DNA of 64,000 bases from Catajapyx aquilonaris (lineage: Eukaryota): the NCBI GenBank assembly GCA_000934665.2, contig JYFJ02000131.1, positions 62,001-126,000 on the forward strand, in the 5' to 3' direction. Below the pieces are notes generated by a model. That model was not told the DNA's origin. It searched no databases and saw only the letters and a program-made list of their open reading frames with translations. Within the stretch, counting starts at the first letter, position 1; each line of letters starts with the position of its first letter. The translations under genes were made by a program, and so were the position numbers. This document shows positions 1 through 9,994 of the stretch, piece after piece.

Positions 1-23
1 CAAAAAAAAGGTAGCTCACAAGC

Positions 24-50
24 ATCAATCAAAATGTCAAGGTGATTGAT
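24..50. promoter_or_regulatory. Inverted pair of PBX-type sites (ATCAATCA / TGATTGAT) flanking a MEIS/TGIF core (TGTCA)
   Basis: atcaatca-aaa-tgtca-agg-tgattgat; motif match only. Confidence 0.4.
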
Positions 51-602
51 CAAAAAAGAGGTCTGCACCAGTGAAATAAGCGCAAATTTCGCCAATTGCA
101 GCACCATATTTGAACTGTAAAAATTAATCCCCTTCGGTATATGCGACGGCGGGCGGACAACAAAATGACTGGTACAATTTGCGATCGAACGCAGAGAGAG
201 AACGCACAAAAAAAGTGTCTATAAAGGATCCGTTTCATGAAAGGTGTACACCACAAAAAAATGAATGAAAGTTTTTGGCAGATGGAAACCTTTGTGATTT
301 GCTCTCATATTATGGAAACAGACTTCAAAAGGAATTAATAAAGTGGAAATGTCGCTTATGATTGTTCAAAAAAACCTGTGGTAACTAAGCAATTACTTGG
401 CGGAATAATTACTCTTACTCTATAATGACTGTGTGGCCATTGCGGCCCTTTGCGATTTTTTTTTCCTCTGGTTGTTCCTACAGACGTTATTGGCTTTGTT
501 GGCGCGCTGTGTTCAAGAGACACTGCATGAAAAAGGTGCGTACAGTGCAGGCATTATGTGTATAAGGCCACTGTTGAAACTAATTTTACGCAAAATTACG
601 TC

Positions 603-614
603 CACGTGACGTCA
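603..614. promoter_or_regulatory. Overlapping E-box (CACGTG) and full CRE (TGACGTCA)
   Basis: cacgtgacgtca. Confidence 0.45.
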
Positions 615-734
615 AAGAAACAACAAGTGAATTTACTAACTAATATAAAATGGTTGTGTTCATTTATTATGAACTAGCATATGACTTATTAATTATAAGA
701 TGGCTTTGGCAGTGAAGAACTTTGTTGGTGGTGG

Positions 735-829
735 AATGAGGGGGTGTCGAGATATGTGACGGTTCATGACGTAGGAGTTGGGTACCAAAGGAACCCAACT
801 CAGCGTGAAGTTCTTCGTGGATGCCTCTA
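735..829 (-). mobile_element. Degenerate dispersed repeat (MITE-like), related to 29722-29805
   Basis: The reverse complement (...acttcacgct...cccaactcctacgtcatgaaccgtcaca...accccctca) aligns by eye with ...acgtcacgtt...cccacccctcacgtcacagacggtcaca...accctctca at 29.7 kb. Confidence 0.4.
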
Positions 830-3092
830 TATAACCCAGAATTTCATATCGAGGGAGGTGTCTGAATGTGGTTGAAGATAAGCACTCACTAAGAAGCCCA
901 ACACACCAAACATTTATATCATGTTGATTTCTAGGAAGGGAGAGATGAGTAATTCGAATGAGATAATAAAAACTCAATAGTGTAGTTATAATAATTCATT
1001 AATTGTCCGTATGCAGCACGTGTACACGATAATTTTCTCCTGTTCAGCCTTGGTGTAGTTATTACCTTATCATCGTAAGGCCGTAATCCTGTCAGTATTT
1101 TATGGCATAATTATGCCTATATTTATAAGGATCACTTTTACTTGATTATGGGCTGCAGTTGGCTGCATCAGTTGCTGTAATAAACAATTGCACAAAAACT
1201 GATGCGCAATAATCAACCGTTTTACTAGTTTCTTATACATTAACGAGCTTTTCGCATAACTACACTACTTTTCCAGGCGATAAAAACCCGCAGTCCCAAT
1301 CATAATGAGTATAATGACAGGAAAAATGGCCACTCTTTCATTGCGGTTCCAAAAACTTGCCATTATCTTGACCACTATTCATTCCCAACGTGTCCGATCC
1401 ACTTCTCGCTCCAATACTCTGTCCCGCAGAACAGAATTCGAGCCTCTGTAAAATCATCAATCAATTGTAATGCCCGACTGGACACCCCATTGATTTCTGC
1501 CGCCCCCCTGCTCTGCCGAAAAAAAGGCAAATGAGGCCTAAAGCCAAATATAGATCGGACCTAATCCAACCACATGATGCATATTTAAATGTTTTTAAAT
1601 TGATCGATTAGCAGCTGGATTTAAGTAGGATGGGTGCATATATTTATTACAAAAAAAAGGACAAGCGACTTATTGATTATCTGTCATCGTTGTAGGAAAG
1701 GACTTATTTACCTCCTGGATGATGGAAATCTAGCCTGCCAGCCAGAGAGATTTGCCACGACTTAGCGCCACTCCCGCGCTCTCATGCTTTGCAACCAGCG
1801 CATTTTAATGCTCACCTCTTGAAATATGCATGAAGCACTGCTATGCGCCCAGGGTCAATGAATATTGAACACTCAGGAATGGTTGGGGGTACAGAATTTT
1901 TGGGAACCTTTTTTTTTGGGGGGGGGGGCGGCCCGGAGTAAACAACGAACTTTACGAACTTCTGCTTGTTTGGACATCCGGAGACCAAAGTCTTAAGTCT
2001 GATAGACTTGCTGTCTCCATTTAAAACACAGAAAATAATATTCTTGCAAGCCAAACAAATCATTATGGTTGAATATTTCCAACATCAAAATGAGCAAAAA
2101 TTAATGCTGAAATATTTCTGTGAACGAATACAAATAGGACAGCTTTTTGTCAAATCGATTGATGTCGACCTATATAATATAAAAGGTACTAATATTATCA
2201 TAGGTCTCCCCTTTTTCAGCCGAAGTTGCTAGAGGCGTCTTCAGAAGTGGTATAGGCCCTAATTAAAATTGATATTGACACCCTGTCTGGATATGTTTTC
2301 TCAAGTTTTCCCTCAGAACAACATAAAAAAGTGTTGACTCGCTCTTTTCTTGTGTGCTCTACAAATCCGGGAAGCTTTGGGATCAAACTGTGGGTTTTCC
2401 AACTTGGCAGGGCTCCCCAAAGTTGACACCGTCCAAAAAATGTAATTTATCGATTCCATGTGCATGACCCGTTCAACAAGTGAAAGCTCGTCTCATTTGC
2501 ACCCAACTGTTGTTGTTGTTGTTTTTTTGGTGTAAAAGTTCTTCCTGTTGTGGCCAGCATTTCTTTTTCGCACGCCTCCACTCAATCATGAAAACGCCTC
2601 CTTTTAAACAGCAAACGGCTTCAGTGTGAAATTACCACTTTCACCCCTGTGGATATACATGGTCACTTTTCACTATAGGGAAATGATACAAAACTTGTTA
2701 AAATGCCCGGCAGCTACTTTTTTTTGTTACAATCAATTTGTTGCAACGCTTGAAAATTAAATTACGTTTTGCCAATAGAGCCCGGTTATTAATTTCGTTT
2801 TTTTGTGTAAGGGATCGGTTGCACAGTACAACAGTGCCAAGTATTAGCGGAAATACCAATTGCACAATGAGGTTTTGAGCTAATTACTCCGCAGCACACA
2901 ATTACCATCTTAAACGCCCCTTCGCGAACTATGTTAACGAGACATAAACGAGGTCAGAGGATCACAACGAGCACTCTACACGGCATCAACAACACACGAA
3001 ACATCGCTTGGAAAAAAAAAGAAAAAAAAGTCGTAACCTGACCAAGGATGGAACAATCACCATTCTTGGAGGCGAAATCTCTGGCTGCATGC

Positions 3093-3100
3093 TGACGTCA
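3093..3100. promoter_or_regulatory. Full CRE palindrome
   Basis: TGACGTCA. Confidence 0.4.
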
Positions 3101-4441
3101 AGTATGCTTTATAACGCGAATAAATACGTACTTCCTTGTTACATGTCCTTGTTCCAGTTGATGCACAACCTATGCGCAGCTGCAAAACAGCGATACCAAT
3201 TCAGAAGGTGCACACATCCATTCAGACCATACCAAATTGCAGGGGTACACGAACGCCTCTGTTTGTTATTCTCATCATCTCAGACACGAACTACATATAG
3301 GGAAAAGCTGAATAAACTTTTCATAATATTTTCTATGGACATGGGATATTGTTTTAATATTTATTCAATATTTTCCATATTATGACCAACGTGTTTCGGA
3401 TTCCACAAATACATATTGAACACGTTTATTTGCTCAAGAGAATGCAGCACTTCCATTTCGTTTATATGTCATCTCCTTCCTAAGCTTTTGTGTGGGAGGA
3501 AGATTTTGCATCGTATATAAGTTTCCTTTCTGTTACGGACTATCGTTCCATCAGCACTTTGTCACGGTTCCTTGCTTCGGACTGGATTTCATCTTATTCG
3601 AGTTGACATTTTTCCACTCCATTAAAACTGCTGCCGGGGATGGAAATTTCTAGTTCAGGGGACAATGAACTACTTGAAAGGCCCACTTGCGTTTTTAAAT
3701 TGACGCGTTAATAATCCATGGCATGAACGGCTTCGCTTTAAAGGGGGGGGNGGGGGGGGGCTCGGTTATGTTGTCACTTGATACATTGTCCTGTCGTGTT
3801 AATTGCATGACCGAGCTTTTTGACAAGAAGTACGCCCGCAGGATTATTGGAACGTCCGATAAAAATGGTGCGTGTTGTCCGAAAGTGTAACACATGGACC
3901 ACTTTCCAACAATACTTTCATTCAACAAACGCATTACACATGCAAATATGCTCCATTTGCAGCCGATTCCTTCCATATTCGGAGTTAAGCTAACAGCGAA
4001 ATTCACTTTACTGCTAATAAGAACCGGGGAAAAAAAGCTGATCCAACAAGTGTCGCACTATCAACCATGCAAATTTGCACGCAATTTCAGCCTCAACTTG
4101 TTGGTCACAATCTAACCCTTGACAATTCCACAAAAAAATAGGATCCCGTTGTCTAAACCCCATTTCAATCATAATAATCAATGGAAGGCATTGAACGTGA
4201 CCGGATTTTGTGAACCCAGCAACGCACCTTGCATTCGGATCAGGAAAAAAAGAAGTTTCCTCAAAAACCAAGCCCAACAAATAGCCTATTAGAGGCAGGC
4301 TTATATTTCGGATTTGCGCCATCTTGCCCTAATTTCCGGCCTGAATTCCCACGAGGATTTTTCTCCCTTCATAAGTATACACTGTGTACGTAGCACTTCT
4401 AATCAATAGATCGGTTACTTCTAGACAAAGTGAGCTTTAAC

Positions 4442-4449
4442 TGACGTCA
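4442..4449. promoter_or_regulatory. Full CRE palindrome
   Basis: TGACGTCA. Confidence 0.4.
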
Positions 4450-6064
4450 CTTTTCCTCAAGACGCCCTTAGGCATAATATGATAATCCGGAGGAAGATAT
4501 TAATTAGAGCACCGAGCGTGTCTTTTTCAGATGACGAAGGGCAAAGGTTGGGACCAGTTTTATTACACTTTATCTGCAATGTTCTACCCCGGAAGCTGGT
4601 CCTAATATTATGCTGGTGGTAGCGTCCAGTAAATGACGTGGATGACCTAAAGCCTTTAGTACAAACCTGGTCTTAATTAATCTAATGAGCAGGACACGCT
4701 CACTTGACCTTTTCGTATACCTATGAGCATCTCATAAATTCTGAAGCGGAAAACCTCATTACCGGTTGCAATTCCAGTATTTATGACGCGTGCTTAAGAT
4801 GGAATAATTCGGTTCGGAGGACTGTCGGCACCTGGTCCTTTTGGCTTCATGAAATGTCCATTTACTTAATTCATTGTCCAAGTGACAGGAGCGAGTGCGC
4901 AGTTTGGCGGGATAAACTCGGATCGATCCGTTTGCGGTGCGGTGTACACTTGTCTACTCGAGAAGTGCTGTAATACCTCAGAGTACCTTATTACTACTGC
5001 AGTGCATCCAGTTCGGGTTGCAAATCTACACACCTGTAGGAAGAACATACTCGCCATTTTGCTAATTCATAATCCGTACAATACTCTGTACTATTTGATC
5101 ATGTAGGTGTCATGTGTAATATTTATATGTAAATTAACGCCAAATTTTCTGCAATTGGTGCCAATTTTTTCGTACTATTTCAGCCAGTAAATGATTAACT
5201 AAGATTTTACGCCCCCATCAAGCTAAAAGAGGTTAGTGCCTTTTTCTCTCAAAAAAAGACGCAACAAAAGGCACACGCACGAAACAAAGCCCTTTAATAA
5301 TAGCAGTGGCCTGGGATGTGCAGCTTTGCAGTATGGTGTATCTATATACGAAGGGTCTGGCATCGCTTTGTCGTTAAGTGCGATATTGTCCCGGTCGTAA
5401 TCGAGGCCTTTTGTGGTGGAAATTCCCGGCTATCGACCACACGAAAGGGAGAATGAAAGCTTCCGGGCCATTTCCATGATCGGCGCGTTTTCTTCTCTCT
5501 CTTTTTTTCCTTCTTCTTTCTTCCCTTCCAACCTTCCTTCTCAAGACCTTAGACTTGCCCTTGCACTACCCCAAACTCCACCAAATCATCCCCAATGGAT
5601 GCTTTTAGTCCAAAGAGCGAGTGAGGGTGCAGGGGGGAAAAAACTGGAATTTAGGTCTGAAGTGGATGAGGGCCATTTCTTGCCCCTACCCAACATGGGT
5701 CTCATGGAATACTCAACATGATGTGGCATGTAAGTGGTCAGGAACAGGTAACACACTCGTAAATCGTTGTGATACACCTTGTATGTGAGACACCACTATA
5801 ACCTTTGCATCTTACGTTATTTAGGTTGACTAATGAGGTAAAAATTGCATTACTGTAATTCTGGCTGCTCGTCTGTTATTAATATACCCTGAGGCCCGAT
5901 TTTACCAGGCTCGATTAAGTGCTAATTGGAGGTAAATTTTCGGTTATGGGTCTCCAATGTGTATATGCAAGTATTATTACTACGAACGCCAGGAAAATTG
6001 CGGTTAATGATCCAAATCGGTCTTATACACTTATGCAGCCTCTCCGAAGGCTCATTTTTCAACT

Positions 6065-6084
6065 TAATGAGTAATTACTCATTA
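6065..6084. repeat. Perfect 20-bp palindrome built from homeodomain TAAT cores
   Basis: taatgagtaattactcatta is its own reverse complement. Confidence 0.9.
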
Positions 6085-6457
6085 TAGTCGTTAGTCCAGG
6101 AAACACATTCTGCTGGTTATATACTTTAAAATTATAATTGCATCTTGAGGAGTACAAGGTGTTTTTGAGTGTACAGATCGTAACATTTTTATATTCAAAA
6201 GTGACTTTTGCATAAGAAAAATATGGCGCATTTACACTCCTCTAAGAACGTCAATAAGGATTGCTCTTTCGAGTGATAAATCACCGCATGTCACGATCAC
6301 TCTTTGAGTAATAGCCAGTTTCCGTCTGAACCATTGATTTAGAGCAGGTTTTGAAAATGAACTCATTCTAGAATTACACGACAAGAGTAACTTGACATAA
6401 CCGCCGTAAAAAATGAATTACAACAGCCAGTAAAGACTCAGTCGACACTGACCTTAC

Positions 6458-6567
6458 ACGCCTGCCCTTTTTACGTCATCCCCAGCAGCAATTACTTTGC
6501 AATATGACTCCTGTCCAAAATAGTTTCTCCAGCACCCTGTTACGTTGTCCTTTCCTATTATCGACAT
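6458..6567 (-). CDS. Candidate alternative PDE4 first exon (MSIIGKDNVTGCWRNYFGQESYCKVIAAGDDVKRAG + GT|)
   Basis: ggaATG start, 36 codons + 2 nt, donor GT|GTAAGG in phase 2, same strand as the PDE4 exon. A promoter-like cluster lies about 0.7 kb upstream. Confidence 0.25.
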
Positions 6568-7281
6568 TCCTCCCGAAGGAACCAGGACGAAAAGAAATAA
6601 AAAAAAGTTTGAAAAACGATCCCCGAATAAAATAATAGCACACTCAGCAAACACGGGGAAATCTCCTGCTTCAATGTGCAGAATCACCCAGCAATAAAAC
6701 TCAGGCCACATTCCACGCACGTTTCAACTATAGCCTTTGAATTATGCAACGTGTGTTGAGAATCGCGGAATTTCAGTTGAACATGCCCACGCATGATATA
6801 CTAATGGGTCGCGTTTCTAAGCCCGTCATATTTGATTATAGTTACCACAACACCTTTCACATAATTAAGCTCAGAACCTCCCAAAACGCGACAACCTCTC
6901 ATTCAATCCCTACTGGACCCCACGGTCCGGTTCTAAAACTTTATCATGGTAATGAGACACTTAAGAAGGGCTAAGTGTGATATATCTACATTCCCTTGAA
7001 CCGAGCTGGTTTACACGAGGCTGTAAATCTTTCCAGCCTCCCACCCTTTACCAAACTTCTCCGGAGATTTAATTAACGTCTTTCCTCAATCACATCGGGG
7101 TCTAATAATGCTAAAGGGCCAATGAGGCGTTTAGTGAGAGATGCTGACGCAAAATTTTCATAATCTGCTGATGTGCTCTTTTATTATACAAAATGATGGT
7201 CGATTTTGGCGAATTTTTGCAAAGTGGTTTGGGACTAAAAAGTGAATGCTATCGCCACCTAGAAAAAAAAATTTGTAACAT

Positions 7282-7360
7282 GGGGCGGGTGCAATGTCTG
7301 GCGGAAGTCCAGTGTGGATGCTGCTTCCGGTAGGTTCATCCACCACTTCCTTGGCGCCAA
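7282..7360. promoter_or_regulatory. Promoter-like cluster: GC box, three ETS cores, E2F-like palindrome
   Basis: ggggcggg 7282, gcggaagt 7301, cttccgg 7324, acttcc 7345, ttggcgccaa 7351. Confidence 0.4.
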
Positions 7361-7566
7361 ACCAAGAACCGCCCTATTTCAGATACCGTAGTTAATTTGC
7401 CAAAAAAAAGTTGTTATTTTGAGAACAATCCTACTGCTAAAAAGGTCATGCTTAACTTTTCTTCCTAAACCGAAACTATCGCAATGCCATAGACGCTGAA
7501 GGTATTGCACAAATTAAAATAAATTAATGGATGTCAAGTTTTCGTAATAATGTGTATGCCCACTGG

Positions 7567-7585
7567 ATGACTCAGGTTGAGTCAT
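7567..7585. promoter_or_regulatory. Inverted pair of AP-1 sites
   Basis: aTGACTCA-ggt-TGAGTCAt. Confidence 0.5.
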
Positions 7586-8167
7586 TTTTCTATCACTGTA
7601 TCTTTTAACTCAACATTTATTATATAATATTATGCGGTATAATATCCTGCACAGTTTTACACCCTCATCTCGCAATCTGGAGCCTTCTAAGAAGCACAGC
7701 AATAAAGCTAAAGGTAATCTCCCAGAGCCCTTAGTGCACTTATATTGGATAGTGCAATATTCCTCCTTGCTCCTTGAACTTACCTTTGGCATTTCGTGTC
7801 AAATCTCCACCTGATAACCCTAAGCGTCCACTGTGTATATAAGCATCTAGATTTTCGCTCCAGCTGGGACACATCTGCTTAATAATATTAAGCTTGTTTT
7901 CGCAATTTACAACTTAATCAAGATGATGACTAAAGCGCATTTTCCAGGTGCAACTTGCAATGAGAATATTGCGGATATCGTGAGACCTCAAGAAACGACA
8001 TTACCGTGCCCTTCAAACGTTGTCCGGCCATTATATGTAACATGCAGAGGGCTGTAATTTTTTCCGGACATCAAGGCTACATGGTGATCACATAATGCTT
8101 AAGCAGTCTACAGGACAACAAAAAACGATTCAGAAAACACAGTAATTGCTCGAGTGATTTAAAACTG

Positions 8168-8175
8168 TGACGTCA
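8168..8175. promoter_or_regulatory. Full CRE palindrome
   Basis: TGACGTCA. Confidence 0.4.
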
Positions 8176-9782
8176 AGTTTGGTGGGATTTTCTCTCCATT
8201 TCTTCATCTCACAACTCAGTTAAATCTTCCTTTAAAATCGTGCGATGACAGCAGGTAATAAAGCAGCAAAGTGTCGGATGCGATTATCAAAATTCCTGGG
8301 GCTAAAATCCCGGATGCCTTTAAACCACCTAAAAACGCACAATATCGTCGGGTATTCCGTAGGAATGTCGAGATTGCCCGGAAGCTTCCTGCACGCAGAT
8401 TTTGCAGAGTCTTGAGGGCACACAAAGGCTTGATTTATAGCCGCATTTATGCTAACGGAAATGGTCGTAATTGCCGCCTCTTCTGCCTCGTGTCACTGTC
8501 GCGACAAACTGGGTGACACACAAAAACATCGTCTCTAATTCGTGCTCCAACCGGTTTCACTAGTCTCTATATTACCCCCCGGTTCCTTGCAACATTTTAA
8601 TGAATCGTTTCGTCTTTTTACCCTTATCACATATTGGCTAACACCTGCAAACTACTAAGGATACGCCCTCTCATTGCTATGTAGTAGAGCTTTTTACATT
8701 TCTCAATTACATGCAAGGTGAAGTAATACTGCTGCATTTTATTCAATATCGGTCGAATAATTGTACTGGTTAATTTATTACCAACCTAATCGTTCCTGTC
8801 ATATTACGTAAATTTTTCTAATTATCCTGAAATTCAGCTCGTTACGCCAGATGTGTATATTCATGGGTGTAATAAAATGTATATTATCAATCGGTGGACA
8901 TAATAGTGTCCGCATCCAGGACGACATACAGCCTACCTCACTCCCCATACATAATGGTTCGATGTCCACACGGTCGCTTACATAAAATCAGTTTAGTAAA
9001 TCATCGCCGCAATATCACGCCCACAATGTCACTCACCAATGTCACACTTACATGTCTGTAAAAAGTGTGTCTGACCTATACCACTAATTACGTTTGGCAT
9101 GTACTCTGTAATCAGCAAGCCCGTTTGAACCCGAATTGCCGCCTCCAAAAAAAAATTTGCACGTCAATTGAAAATTCAAATCAAGTCACGCTGCAAGGAA
9201 CACGTGTTACGGTCGCGATTTACCGTCCGTGCAGCACTAGTTTTTTTTCGTTGCTTAAAAAAAACGTGCCATTTTGTTTGCACTCCCCACACTTTCCAAA
9301 GCACCGCAACTGGTGTCAAAAGCATAGAAGTTTTCATTCCATTTAATCCGTGTGATCGACAGAAAAAAAACCCCCAGACCACCAAGCCTTGACACAATCT
9401 GCCATTTAGTTAATCCATTACCGTTGCATTTCGACCCAAATTACTCGCTCATTACGTCTCATACCACGCCCACCTCATACTATTTTTTTCTGCATCTATT
9501 TTCACAGCAAGGTATGTGTAGTGCGGAGGTCGTAATGACGACAGAAGTTTGGGCCAAACCTCATTCGGTCGTCCAATTTATTGCGACACAATCTAGGAGA
9601 GCCGGTTCATGACTTTTGATGCAGGTTTGCGATAAGTTGCCAGGTGGCCGAATCGTCCGCCCAAGAATGAGTTAGAGACATTTTCGAAATAACTGACCTG
9701 ATCAAAAAAAATGGTGGACGTTGCACGTGAAGCAAATTAGTGTAGGTTTAATTAGACTTGAAACAATGTGTCCTTTTGTTAC

Positions 9783-9922
9783 CTGCATATCCAGGAGTGC
9801 CTGCGCCTTGGCACCCCTGCTGGCACCGTCAACAGCCCCGGGCCCACGGGCGGCCCCCGATGTGCGTTGGACGTGTCGGTGGACGCCGCCAGCCTGATCT
9901 CAGGCACCTGAAGCTGGCTCAT
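9783..9922 (-). CDS. PDE4: Isoform-specific first coding exon of a long-form cAMP-specific phosphodiesterase 4 (PDE4D3/PDE4B4-type N-terminus); 46 codons + 2 nt
   Basis: GC-rich island in AT-rich DNA. Kozak-like gacgccATG at 9922 with an in-frame upstream TAA (9967-9965). The open frame ends ...PRRRHSWIC, matching the recalled PDE4D3 N-terminus (FPFRRHSWIC|FDV). It is followed directly by the donor CAG|GTAACA in phase 2, the phase expected for PDE4 long-form first exons. Confidence 0.82.
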
Positions 9923-9994
9923 GGCGTCTTGTCCCCACTGTTCACACGTCTCCACTTTTGCCTCTTAAATCATCACCGCACACACAGAAGGAAA
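9923..9994 (-). other. 5' UTR portion of the PDE4 exon, with a possible acceptor (ttcttacag|) and a minimal uORF ATG-ATT-TAA at 9973-9965
   Basis: Minus strand reads ttcttacag|tttccttctg...ATGATTTAA...gacgccATG. The polypyrimidine tract is weak, so the 5' boundary is uncertain. Confidence 0.4.

Noticed and set aside
765..812. SECIS-like ATGA...AAA...TGA hairpin
   Set aside because: The helix between ATGA and AAA is too long and mismatched near the core, it is not in a 3' UTR, and it lies within a probable repeat relic.
9794..9910. Plus-strand terminal exon reading ECLRLGTPAG...ISGT* after atatccag|
   Set aside because: It is the antisense shadow of the minus-strand PDE4 exon, which has the Kozak start, donor and recognisable motif.
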